Assembly: GCA_965235115.1 (NCBI GenBank)
Contig: OZ249441.1
Span: 5,890,001-5,954,000 of the forward strand
Source of the DNA: Laetmonice hystrix
Lineage: Eukaryota
Direction of reading: 5' to 3'
DNA: 64,000 nt
Within the stretch, counting starts at the first letter, position 1. Every line of letters begins with the position of its first letter. A model generated the notes under the pieces. It searched no databases. It saw only the letters and a list, made by a program, of their open reading frames with translations, and was not told the DNA's origin. Made by a program: the position numbers and the translations under genes. Positions 39,282 to 52,379 of this stretch are shown one piece after another.

Positions 39282-40314
39282 GCCCTGGGCCAGGGTAGGC
39301 CCTTACACCTCTATAGGCCTCAGTCGTGGGAACGAGTGTAGGGAGCCCTGGGCCAGGGTAGGCCCTTACACCTCTATAGGCCTCAGCCCTGGGAACGAGT
39401 GTGAGTTATACGGGGAGCCCTGGGCCAGGGTAGGCCCTTACACCTCTATAGGCCTCAGCCGTGGGAACGAGTGTGAGTTATACAGGGAGCCCTGGGCCAG
39501 GGTAGGCCCTTACACCTCTATAGGACTCAGCCGTGGGAACGAGTGTGAGTTATACAGGGAGCCCTTACGCCTCTATAGGCCTCAGCCGTGGGAACGAGTG
39601 TGAGTTATACGGGGAGCCCTGGGCCAGGGTGGGCCCTTACACCTCTATAGGCCTTAGCCATGGGAACGAGTGTGAGTTATGCAGGGAGCCCTGGGCCAGG
39701 GTAGGCCCTTACACCTCTATAGGACTCGGGGTATGCCCTTACACCTCTATAGGCCTCAGCCATGGGAACGAGTGTGAGTTATACAGGGAGCCCTGGGCCA
39801 GGGTAGGCCCTTACACCTCTATAGGACTCAGTCGTGAGAACGAGTGTGAGTTATACGGGGAGCCCTGGGCCAGGGTAGGCCCTTACACCTCTATAGGACT
39901 CGGGGTAGGCCCTTACACCTCTATAGGCCTCAGCCATGGGAACGAGTGTGAGTTATACAGGGAGCCCTGGGCCAGGGTAGGCCCTTACACCTCTATAGGC
40001 CTCAGCCGTGGGAACGAGTGTGAGTTATACGGGGAGCCCTGGGCCAGGGTATAGGCCCTTACACCTCTATAGGCCTTAGCCGTGGGAACGAGTGTGAGTT
40101 ATACAGGGAGCCCTGGGCCAGGGTAGGCCCTTACACCTCTATAGGCCTCAGCCGTGGGAACGAGTGTGAGTTATACGGGGAGCCCTGGGCCAGGGTGGGC
40201 CCTTACACCTCTATAGGCCTCAGCCGTGAGAACGAGTGTGAGTTATACAGGGAGCCCTGGGCCAGGGTGGGCCCTCTGGACTCAGTCCTGAGAACGAGTG
40301 TGAGTTATACGGGG
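39282..40314. repeat. 72-bp minisatellite with internal deletion variants, about 14 copies
   Basis: tgggccaggg at 39421, 39493, ...; gives 24-aa periodic ORFs. Confidence 0.97.
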
Positions 40315-43300
40315 AAAAACTAAACGGCAGGTGGATAAGATTTCTCGATCTAACATAAATTAACTAATATCTTTTCACGGAAATTTCATACACTTTGTAA
40401 TGACTGTCAAAATAGTTATCAATAATGTGAAGGCCTATACTGTATTGAGTGGCGCATTTATATGTGTCATTGACCTACTTTAAATTAATTCCTGCTACAT
40501 GGATGCAGGCGTACTTTGATATGTTTGTACATAGATACATGTATCCAGTGGAATGCTCCAGATGGTGGTCGTCACGTGACTCACAAACCATGATACCAGA
40601 TCTAATCGGTGGGCCGTGGCTGGCCGCCAGAGGTCGCCACCAGTACCCACCGAGATGTGACAATCTCCCGGCAGTCATACCACACACTCATCCTCATTAC
40701 TTATATAACATGTGCTACCTCTAAACTGCACCCGCGGTGATACCCTGCCTTAATTGATCAAACAACAACTTGAAAGAAAAGACGCACTATAAATCTTCCA
40801 TTGACGGAATGTATACTTGAAAGGAATGCCTGTGGATGTCCCTGGGCGGCCATATGGGCGCGGGGGGTACCATAAAAATCTATATGTATCATATGTACAT
40901 GAACACATGTGGTGGGTTATGCTTACAATACACCACTTACAGAAAATACGGTTGACCGAGGTGTAAGACGATGGTATGTTACACGGGCCGCTCGCTTCTG
41001 TACGGGAAAGTTAGAGACTGAACCGCAAACACAGGCAGAGCTTGGACGTGTTGAAGGATCATCTGATCCCGAATGTCAGGGCCAGTGGTCAGGCTCCGTG
41101 ACCCGCTCGGTGCACGTATATCTTCATCAATCTATTCATATTCTTTGCAACAAGCATATTACGACAATATCAAAGTTCCTTGTGTCCCAGGCACAATCTC
41201 TAGCAACCTGAACATCTTGATGACTTACCTGGAGAACGTGTGGTTTGGCTCCTGGCTGCACTGAGGAGTTGGTGCAGTGATGCGGAATCGAAAAAAAGTG
41301 GTCCTTTCGCAGCGGGACTGAAACCCGCGTCAAAGGAGATGAGGGACTTCTCTCCTTATAGTATTGATAGGTGTTCCGATTTCTTCACGTAGTAATAGTC
41401 CACATGACTTGGGAGGAGCTGCGATTTGGTAACCTCATGGGGATTGTGGCTCACGACAAGTGCCACAAACATTGCCCTCCTCCGTAAAATGCTCCAGCAG
41501 GAATCGAAATTTGGCGAAACTCTGGTGTAACTGATGACGGTGTGGTGGTGGGTCTGTCTGTATACGAAAGGTGGTGACTGGGCAGTCAACCACTGCTGCC
41601 GGTGGATGCTCTCTGTCTGTGCCGGGTGGACGGAGGGTCGTGTCACCGGGAGGAGGACGAGGTCCGAGGGCGGGCGGGTGGGAGGCGGCCGTCCACTGTC
41701 GTCACTGTGTGGCTCGGCGCCGCTCAGCCACAGGCGCTCCGAGAGTCCGGCCTGTTGGTTGGTTGCCTTGAGCCTGGCGGTTTGAAACACTGACAGCACA
41801 GAGGATCGACGACACGGCTGGGGGTGATCGTATCTTGATCTTTACGGTCACTTCCAATCGTAACTGACCTCGGGCATTCCGTCTGTGAGCTCAGCAGGTC
41901 ACCGGACGGGACTCGGTAAGAGGCCGACTGATATCAGAACACCATGTCGGTATAGGCGGGGTTGCTGACCAGTATAGGCATGTGTATACGGCAGATGGCA
42001 CGCGATGGAGCGGTCAAACCAATGCTACATTACCATAGCAACATATCGGCCGACGCTTAGAATGACCTCATCAAAATGTCGGTACTCCATGCACTGATTT
42101 CATAACATCCAGTTAGGGAATGAGTTGGGGAGAAAGGCCGAACTATAATAAAGTTATATTGGCGCAACATGTTGGCAATGTGCCGCATGCATGCAATCGA
42201 TGCGTGACGAGGGTCTCACAGTTGGTTGGAAGCGACCATAGATGACACAACCATACTGCAGTGTCAGGTTTATGTCCAACAGTGGCTGTCTCATGGACGG
42301 AGACGACAGCCGTCACAACATCAGTAAGTGTTCCCAGACAGAGATCTGACTCTCTACCTGCCGTGATTACACCTCAAACAGAACATCCGACACAGGTCAG
42401 CGAGCAGTCACAGTAACTGGTGCCTGACGAACTTAACGGGCTCCATATAGAAAAAAAAACGAATCCATAACATTCACGAATAGATATTTGGGGTAGTTGA
42501 TAGCACATCACTAACCCGCTTTAGTGATATGTTTGCGGGTTTTAAAAAATCTAGAATTCTTGATTTTGAATGTTGAGCCGAGGCCTATATAAGATGTTCA
42601 ACACATAGGCCTAGATCTGTTGTAGTTTGCGTTAACATCGTCTGAATAACAACACTCTAGCAGAGATGAGAAATGAATTCTTTTTTTTATCTGTGACTTT
42701 AGTAGGCCGATATTCGATGGCCGTTTCATATTTAGGCCACTTTATCCTCTGCCCAGTTGGGTTGTGCCATTAGGAAAGAAAACACTTAAGTCCTGCACAT
42801 ATCGTGATATTATCTTCCGAATGGAGACGGCCTGTGTCCCGCCAGGCTTGGAACTGTTTACGTTTACTTCACTAAGTGCCAGTTATTACAACAGCAGCGC
42901 CAGATGTCGACCATATTAACTTGGTCAAGTTTGCAGTTTGGGTGTGCTTTCGTCTTGTTAAATGTAATTTAGGGTGGGTTGAGCGCTATAAACGGGCATT
43001 GACCCGTGACTCGACAAACGAACGGGTCTAATTGAAATGTGTTCTGTTTGCCAAGCCTGAGGCCGAATATTAGTCAAATGAAATGTACACAGGTCGTGAT
43101 CTCACGCAGCGAGACGTGACGGCGCAGCGTTTCAGGAAGTGACGTCACAATTGTCTTCTTGTTACGTTGATGACGCTGCAGACTGGACAGAGGTCAGTGA
43201 GCGGGGAAAGGGCGCGGGTCAGGCGTTAAGAACGCTGCCTCCGGGTCTGTGTTGGCATTTGACGACCCTAGCTGGGGTACAATCGTCACTCTTGTATTGC

Positions 43301-43862
43301 TGTGCGAACCAAATGGTCTACCTTCATCGGAATAGAACTTACACCCCCTGTGTCATCATGTTCAAGGCGTTCCAACGGCTACAGCTCCCACAGCCCAGAA
43401 CAAACAAGATACTGTTATGACAATAGTAATCACTGTACAAAAGCCGATGGTACTCTATGGGTTCGCTTGTCCTTTCAGTTGATACAACCCTTTTCTTTTC
43501 TTTGTTTAACATCGAAAGTGTTTGTTGTCATTGGATAAGTGTTGGCCAGGTGTGGCGAGGGCAACTTAAGAAAATACGGTATAGACTTCGTGCCCTCACC
43601 CGAACGGTTGACTAGAATGTGAACTATGTCTGGCTTGTATCAGTGTATCAGACACAGCTAGCAGTGGTATTGACACACCTGTATGGCCCAGGGGCCTGCT
43701 GCGGAGTCTCATCAACTCTGGATATCCTGCAATGCTCCTGAAGACAGTCTGTTGATGAAGACTGAGATTGAGACGGAGCAGAAGGCACATGCCACGTGAC
43801 GCTAACTGACTATTCCCCCCATTCCTGGGGCAACGATGGGGTTCTCTATCCGAGATGTGGAA

Positions 43863-44838
43863 CTGTCCCTGCCTGGTGCAGAACTCACTGTCCCTGCCTG
43901 GTGCAGAACTCACTGTCCCTGCCTGGTGCAGAACTCACTGTCCCTGCCTGGTGCAGAACTCACTGTCCCTGCCTGGTGCAGAACTCACTGTCCCTGCCTG
44001 GTGCAGAACTCACTCTCCCTGCCTGGTGCAGAACTCACTGTCCCTGCCTGGTGCAGAACTCACTGTCCTTGCCTGGTGCAGAACTCACTGTCCCTGCCTG
44101 GTGCAGAACTCACTGTCCTTGCCTGGTGCAGAACTCACTGTCCTTGCCTGGTGCAGAACTCACTGTCCCTGCCTGGTGCAGAACTCACTGTCCCTGCCTG
44201 GTGCAGAACTCACTGTCCTTGCCTGGTGCAGAACTCACTGTCCCTGCCTGGTGCAGAACTCACTGTCCTTGCCTGGTGCAGAACTCACTGTCCCTGCCTG
44301 GTGCAGAACTCACTGTCCCTGCCTGGTGCAGAACTCACTGTCCCTGCCTGGTGCAGAACTCACTGTCCCTGCCTGGTGCAGAACTCACTGTCCCTGCCTG
44401 GTGCAGAACTCACTGTCCCTGCCTGGTGCAGAACTCACTGTCCCTGCCTGGTGCAGAACTCACTGTCCCTGCCTGGTGCAGAACTCACTGTCCCTGCCTG
44501 GTGCAGAACTCACTGTCCTTGCCTGGTGCAGAACTCACTGTCCCTGCCTGGTGCAGAACTCACTGTCCTTGCCTGGTGCAGAACTCACTGTCCCTGCCTG
44601 GTGCAGAACTCACTGTCCCTGCCTGGTGCAGAACTCACTGTCCCTGCCTGGGGCAGAATTCAATGCCCCTGCCTGGTGCAGAACTCACGGTCCCTGCCTG
44701 GTGCAGAACTCGCTGTCCCTGCCTGGCGCAGAACTCACTGTCCCTGCCTGGTGCAGAGCTCACTGTCCCTGCCTGGTGCAGAACTCACTGTCCCTGCCTG
44801 GTGCAGAACTCACTGTCCCTGCCTGGTGCAGAACTCAC
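43863..44838. repeat. 25-bp minisatellite, about 39 copies
   Basis: Unit ctgtccctgcctggtgcagaactca; all three plus frames are open as an artefact. Confidence 0.98.
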
Positions 44839-46716
44839 TCACTCACTCAACTTCCTGGTGTCCTCACAATATCAGCACTCTATCCATGGACCATCTCTAG
44901 AAAAATGGCCGGTATTTCAGGTCCACTTCTGAAAATATCGTGGTGTATTGCCAAATAATAACATAGAATCCGGATGGCATGTGTTATTATTACATGTCTC
45001 ATCAAGCTGAAGACCTAGAGGATCCCATGGCCAGGTTCAGGACTACCTGTATACTGTCCCGTGAGATTCCATTTCAGTTTCAGTTTCAAAACTACAAGGT
45101 CCACTGTATTGTCACTGTACATGTATATCCATGCATTCCCTGCGTTCTGTGGTCGTCAAGACAACCAGGTATGTCTTGTCCCCAGGTGTCCGCTTTACCT
45201 TTGTCTCATCTAGAACTTGTCAGCCTCCGGGAGCCTCACTTTGAGGTCAGCCAGTTTTGTCATTAATTTTGTCTACGAAACCAGAGCACGTGAGGTTGCA
45301 TATTAATAAACGTACTTTATAATATCTCCATCCGAGCACGTACCGAGGTCAACACAACGACTGCCTTCCCGCGCAACACGTGCGTTCTTCGTGCGTGACT
45401 GCTCGTCACTGTCAACGGCTTGCTGCCCCGCTGGTCACCTGACCCGCTTCCTGTCACGTGACCCATTTACCGACCAATTATAAGACGAGGCTTTTCAATT
45501 CTTTCCTTCCCTTGTCCTACGTGGTGAATGAATGAAAACTCCCCTTGAACAGGTGTCTATACCATAACGTGCGGCCGGTTTCAAAACACAAGAGAAATAT
45601 CTGAGATTTGGGTCTCCGATCAGGGACGAAGCGGGCCTTAGACTCCATAATTTGTCCGCCCTGCTTGCCCACGGTTCGAAATTTTAATTATCCATGAAAA
45701 TGAATAGGAATGCTACATTGCCTGCTTTTAGAATGGAGTGGGTATTGTCATAGTAAAAGGATTAAATTAAGGAAAGAATTAAACTGCAAAGACTAAAATC
45801 ATCGGGTGTGGAGAAGCTATTCATTTAGGCACGTTTCAACGGACAATAGTCTCTATACAGAGCAAGGGTTGTGACGGACGTAATGCGAACAAAACAAAGG
45901 AAGTTAACATTTGTAAATGACAGGGATATGTGATCCCAGGTATTGTGGTATTCTATACCTCTAAGGGCGTTACCCCCACACCTGGACGTCTTGTCGTCAC
46001 TCAGGTCCGCCCGGCTTCCCGCGCCCATCACCCGGTGTGATGAATTGGGTCAGGCGAGCTGGTGTCCACCGGTGACCTCCGAGGGTAAATACCCTCTCCT
46101 CGCTATACGCCACACCCTGGGGCCGCACCCCGCACCTGGCAGCAAAGGGCAGCGTCGTGACCCCGGGCGTTCTCCTCATCTTACCCCCTGGTAGGGATAC
46201 CTAGGTGGTACACACGTTGATGTCACGTGGGGCGTGTCGTCATAATGAGGAGGTCGGAGTTCACAGCTAGGGGTCTGCAACAATCACTGCTGTCTGTCAC
46301 GGCACCCATCTGTCAACGCTTCCATCCATACAGCCAGACCTCGATAATCCGTGCTTCTTTAATCCGTATACCCCAATCCGTACCTCCTGGCAACCTCTTC
46401 TATCATTCTCTATCCTAAAATCTGCCGCAAGATTTAGAATCTCTGTCTATGCTAAGAGTGCATTATGCTTTCATAGTGTAAGATTTATCAGGGCATAGTA
46501 TCTACTGTTAGCGGCGTCGGCGTGTGCTAGATCTCCCAAAGTGCAGGACGTGTCTCCCATCGAGAAAATTCATTCCCACAAACCTATACGCCTTAATAAA
46601 CATACACGCACCTGTTATTATCATTGACAATTGTTGAAACCAAGATCCATTTTCTTTAAAAAAAAAACAACAACAAAAAAACACAAGAATTATCCTTTTA
46701 TCACAATTAAAAGTAG

Positions 46717-47866
46717 GACTACATCCGTCAGATCGGTCCGTCGACCATGAAGAAACCGCCAGAATTAGGCCGAAGGATACAGGTCTACGTCTATTACTAC
46801 ATCCGTCAGATCGGTCCGCCGACCATGAAGAAACCGCCAGAATTAGGCCGAAGGATACAGGCCTACGTCTATTACTACATCCGTCAGATCGGTCCGTCGA
46901 CCATGAAGAAACCGCCAGAATTAGGCCGAAGGATACAGGTCTACGTCTATTACTACATCCGTCAGATCGGTCCGTCGACCATGAAGAAACCGCCAGAATT
47001 AGGCCGAAGGATACAGGTCTACGTCTATTACTACATCCGTCAGATCGGTCCGTCGACCATGAAGAAACCGCCAGAATTAGGCCGAAGGATACAGGTCTAC
47101 GTCTATTACTACATCCGTTAGATCGGTCCGTCGACCATGAAGAAACCACCAGAATTAGGCCGAAGGATACAGGTCTACGTCTATTACTACATCCGTCAGA
47201 TCGGTCCGTCGACCATGAAGAAACCACCAGAATTAGGCCGAAGGATACAGGTCTACGTCTATTACTACATCCGTCAGATCGGTCCGTCGACCATGAAGAA
47301 ACCACCAGAATTAGGCCGAAGGATACAGGTCTACGTCTATTACTACATCCGTCAGATCGGTCCGTCGACCATGAAGAAACCACCAGAATTAGGCCGAAGG
47401 ATACAGGTCTACGTCTATTACTACATCCGTCAGATCGATCCGTCGACCATGAAGAAACCACCAGAATTAGGCCGAAGGATACAGGTCTACGTCTATTACT
47501 ACATCCGTCAGATCGGTCCGTCGACCATGAAGAAACCGCCAGAATTAGGCCGAAGGATACAGGTCTACGTCTATTACTACATCCGTCAGATCGGTCCGTC
47601 GACCATGAAGAAACCACCAGAATTAGGCCGAAGGATACAGGTCTACGTCTATTACTACATCCGTCAGATCGGTCCGTCGACCATGAAGAAACCGCCAGAA
47701 TTAGGCCGAAGGATACCTACGTCTATTACTACATCCGTCAGATCGGTCCGTCGACCATGAAGAAACCACCAGAATTAGGCCGAAGGATACAGGTCTACGT
47801 CTATTACTACATCCGTCAGATCGGTCCGTCGACCATGAATTAGGCCGACGGATACCTACGTCTATT
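46717..47866. repeat. 78-bp minisatellite, about 14.5 copies
   Basis: 26-aa periodic ORFs on both strands; near-identical units. Confidence 0.98.
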
Positions 47867-48420
47867 GAAAGGAAGCCATGAAAGGCCACTTTCAGCACGA
47901 CGTTTGTCTCCAACTATCGATTCCCTACAAATATTCTGCTGCCACAAAGCGTTCGTTGCCATGACTACATCTGGTTTAATCTGGGGATTTGCGATCGTTA
48001 GAATTTTAAGGAACATAAATACACGGTAACACGCATGGAAACGTGGAATTAAAAAGGTTTTGTTTACAGTTTTGACTCGTACGCCTGTCTATGGAGCGTA
48101 GACAGGTGACATTTACCGTTCATTTCACACAACAATAGGCCTACTTCATGTCTTCGTCACTGTCTCACGTGACCTACAGCTTTCTGACTGGGTTTACGTG
48201 GAGTTTTAATGAATATAATAAAGACGCCCACTTCCAGTGACCTCAATCAGAGGTCAAAGCTTTGTTTGTGTGACATAAAATAGCATCCTCATTGTTGTAT
48301 TTCTCTATGGGTTCCAGCTGCGGGGGCGCGGACCTCGACTTGGGCTTTCACAATAGTTCTCCGGCTCTGGAATACGGAACGGAAACCCCTTCCTGCAGGC
48401 CAGTGATGTACGTAGTGATG

Positions 48421-48696
48421 AGGCAAATGGGCAGGTTGCAATAAGGTAAGTGGGCAGGTCACAATAAGGCAAATGGGCAGGTTGCAATAAGGCAAATGGG
48501 CAGGTTGCAATAAGGCAAATGGGCAGGTCGCAATAAGGCAAATGGTTAGGTCACAATAAGGTAAATGGGCAGGTCACAATAAGGTAAATGGTCAGGTCAC
48601 AGTAAGGTAAATGGTCAGGTCACAGTAAGGTAAATGGTCAGGTCACAGTAAGGTAAATGGTCAGGTCACAGTAAGGTAAATGGTTAGGTTACAATA
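48421..48696. repeat. 23-bp minisatellite, about 12 copies
   Basis: Unit aataaggYaaatggKcaggtYRc. Confidence 0.95.
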
Positions 48697-50129
48697 ACAG
48701 CTATACAGGAGGGGGACCCGTAATTACGACCATGGTTGTGATCATTTACGATAAACGTCAAACGGCTTTCTCCCATGTAGTATGGCCATCATAGATATAC
48801 ATGCCTTTACTAAGATTGATAGATTAATTTCATCAATCTATTCCGTGCAGAGCCTGGCGAGCAATTATCATAATGCGTGGTGCCAGAGTCAATCTGAACG
48901 ACTTGCAGTGTGCAATCATACCCTCACAAGTAGAAGTAGTCAACAGGATTTAGGATTCTTGCACCCACAGATATGACTGTCACCCGACGGCAAGCTATAG
49001 TTCGCAATGTCTGTAATCATATCATTGCAGCACGTTTGCATATCTATTACTCCCTGCTGAGAACCATACTGATGTTGTTCTACCTCCGTCAAACCGTCAT
49101 CATAAGGTCAACTGCTGTTCTAGGAACTAAGGTCATACCTGGCGCTAAGCAACCACCCCCACTCCCACACCACACCCCCACCCCCACCCCCACCCCACCC
49201 CCACCCCTTCCCAGCCAGGGCTCGACATGATCTAGTAATCTAACCGAGACAGTCATAAAGATCGTGTTTCACCTAAAGTCTACAATACAATAAATGACAG
49301 TAGTACAAATCAAAGATCTGCATACAGTGACTGAAACCATAGATGTGCTACACATCTATGCTGAAACCAGCATGGAGGCCAATAGGCGTACCGTGAGGTC
49401 TCGCTCTGACTCGTGCCACGAGATGCGGCGAGAGCACGAGCACATTTTACTCTGGTCCTTTGATGTTACACTTGTTCATGATACAGCACAGGTCTGTCCT
49501 ACAAAACTGCTCCGTACAGCAAGTAAACCACTACACATGCCATATCATGTCCACAATGATGACTCCTGTCGACATCCATTATGGAGTAGACAACACAAAC
49601 TGTTTTATGTATGGAATGACAATTGAATGTTTTTCTATGTGTTTCACCAAGATGGATCTGTTCGCCCAGTACATTATGATTTATTTGTAAGCAGAGACTT
49701 GTCTCGTAACTCTGATCTCCTGTTTACCCGACTGAAGAAGAAACCTTGCTATAATAACATTTATCTTAGACCTATCCGTCATTGACCAAACTACCCGTAG
49801 TCGTCCATGTACATACACATACACGCCGTTATATTTGGCTGTCCTAATAATGACAAATGGTGCGTGACTCTCTAATTTGATTAATGCATGACCTCATTAT
49901 AATACACGCCAATTGTATGAATACACGAACCATATTCAGAACTAGAAATTGTTCAGTCCGAACAGGACGTCTCCCCTTTTTTAAAGTAATGACATCATAT
50001 AATTTTTGAGAGAGGACTAATTAGTATGAAAGTAGTGTGTTGCAAAAGCAATGATATAGCTATGGCAGATTTTCTATGCGAAAGAAAAGATTAACTAGTT
50101 GCGAGGTGCCCAGGGCACAGGTATCCTAT

Positions 50130-51080
50130 TCACCAGTCAATGGTGTTAAAATCGGAAATTAGGTCAACTTGGCCGCCATCTTGGATTTTTCAAATTCTGT
50201 TCAAATGGGTCAAGTTTTCCATCCTAACCCCAATGGTGAAAACCAGACGTTGATATCTTTAACCGTTTTAGAGATATCACTGATTTTGGGTTGAAAATGA
50301 CCTAAAAGGGCCAACTTTGAAGAGCCATAATTTGGAAACTATTGATTTTAGGGGAGCCATCTCGGTGTCAGAGACAGCTGACCCATTACCCAATCCAATG
50401 GTTTTAAAATCGGAAATTAGGTCAACTTGGCCGCCATCTTGGATTTTTCAAATTCAGTTTAAATGGGTCAAGTTTTCCATCCTAACCCCAATGGTGAAAA
50501 CCAGACGTTGATATCTTTAACCGTTTTAGAGATATCACTGATTTTTGGTTAAAAATGACCTAAAAGGGCCAGCTTTGAAGAGCCATAACTTGGAAACTAT
50601 TGATTTTAGGGGAGCCATCTCGGTGTCAGAGACAGCTGACCTATTACCCAATCCAATGGTGTTAAAATCGGAAATTAGGTCAACTTGGCCGCCATCTTGG
50701 ATTTTTCAAATTCAGGGAAAATGGCTCAAGGTTTTCATCCCAAACCCAATGGTCAAAACCAGACATTGATATCTTTAACCGTTTTCGAGGTATCACTGAT
50801 GTTTGGTTGAAAATAACCTAAAAGGGCCAACTTTGAGGGGCCATAAGATGGAAACTATCGAATTTAGGGGAGCCATCTCGGTGTCAGAGATAGTGGACCT
50901 ATTACCCAATCCAATGGTGCTGAAATTGGAAATTAGGTCAACTTGGCCGCCATCTTGGATTTTTCAAATTCGCTGAGGATGGGTCAAGTTTTTTATGCTA
51001 AACCCAAAGGTGAAACCCAGACATTGATATCTTTAACCGTTTTCGAGATATCACTGATCTTTGGTTGAAAATTACCTAAA
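50130..51080. repeat. 258-bp satellite, about 3.7 copies, each with GCCGCCATCTTG
   Basis: The atcggaaattagg motif recurs at 50151, 50409, 50667 and 50925. Confidence 0.96.
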
Positions 51081-51099
51081 AAGGGTCATTAAGCCAGAT

Positions 51100-51810
51100 G
51101 GGGTCACGTGACAGCATTTAAATTGACGTAAATTGAAAACTCATATATGATTTTCCATATGAGTTTAATAGGAACCATGGACCCATCTGGCTCTGTTTCT
51201 AAGTTACAGCCATCTTAAAATACCAATGACGTCATAGGGCAACGTAGGGTCACGTGACCTAACTAAAAATGGTGTCATTTGAAAGGCCATATATGACTTC
51301 CTATGGGTATCACTAGTACGTATGGGCCTATCTGGCTCTTTTTCCAAGTTACTGCCAGCTGAAAACACTGATGACGTCATACAGCCATATATGGTCACAT
51401 GACCTAATTAAAATGGTGTCATTTGAAAGGCCATATATGACTTCCTATCTGTCTACAATAGTAACTATGGGCCTATCTGGCTCTGTTTCCAAGTTATTGC
51501 TAATTGAAAATACCGATGATGTCATAGAGTCACGTAGGGTCACGTGACCTAATTAAAAATTGTGTCATTTTAAAGGCCATAATGACTTCCTATCTGTCTT
51601 CAATAGTAACTATGGGCCTATCTGGCTCTATTTCCAAGTTACTGCTAATTGAAAATACTGATGACGTCATAGAGTCACGTAGGGTCACGTGACCTAATTA
51701 AAAATGGTGTAATTTTAAAGGCCATATATGACTCCTATCTGTCTTCAATAGTAACTATGGGCCTATCTGGCTCTATTGCCAAGTTACTGCTAGCTGAAAA
51801 TACCGATGAC
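51100..51810. repeat. About 145-bp satellite, 5 copies
   Basis: The gggtcacgtgac motif recurs at 51101, 51247, 51392, 51537 and 51682. Confidence 0.95.
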
Positions 51811-51945
51811 GATAAGGTATGTATGTATGTGGGTAGGGGTGTGGGTGTGTGTGTGCGATGTGCTGGCTGTGGTAAAGGAGTTGGTGGTTGTTGGTGGAGC
51901 GTGGAAGTGTTATGTAACTCAGTTGTGGGATCTGCGGTGGTGGGG

Positions 51946-52181
51946 TATGGAAATACCGGCGACGACATGCGAGATGCGAGAAGCGACATGGAACCGAACA
52001 CTGTCAATTTAGCACATAGAACTTCTTATTGACACCGACATCACGATCCACTGCTCAATTAGTGCCTATTTAACAATAATTTTGGGGCTAAAGTGAAAAC
52101 TAACACTAACCGTAGGCCTAACCTTTACCCTAACCCAAACACACTGTCTCGCATCTCGCATGTCGTCGCCGGTATTCCATA
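51946..52181. mobile_element. About 236-bp MITE, copy 1 (about 35-bp TIRs)
   Basis: tatggaaataccggcgacgacatgcgagatgcgaga ... tctcgcatctcgcatgtcgtcgccggtattccata; flanked by GGTGGGG on both sides. Confidence 0.9.
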
Positions 52182-52379
52182 GGTGGGGGACGGGCGGCCG
52201 GCCCGTGTAGGGGTTTGGTGGGGAGTTACCACGGCTGAGAAGGACGCCTGACTGGGGATTGGCGGGAGTTGCTAGGGACAACGGCTGAGAACAGGCGCAC
52301 AGGCCAGTGACTGGGAGCGGGCCCGCTGGCGAATTTTTTTCCCACGCTAGTTCTGGATACTCATTAGCATACAGCCAAT

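Noticed and set aside
39208-40054. Repeat ORFs EPWARVGPYTSIGLS...
   Set aside because: 72-bp minisatellite with frame-breaking deletion variants.
43596-43913. GNSQLASRG resembling the RdRP SQLxxR motif
   Set aside because: It is on the opposite strand to the RdRP-like candidate exons, has no supporting splice sites, and is a short match expected by chance.
43796-44958. Three 350-380-aa Cys-rich ORFs
   Set aside because: All three frames of a 25-bp minisatellite lacking stop codons; periodic translation artefact.
46508-47913. 26-aa repeat ORFs on both strands (MKKPPELGRRIQVYVYYYIRQIGPST)
   Set aside because: 78-bp tandem unit; one copy has an in-frame TAG (47119-47121), variation shows no codon constraint, and there are no unique coding flanks.
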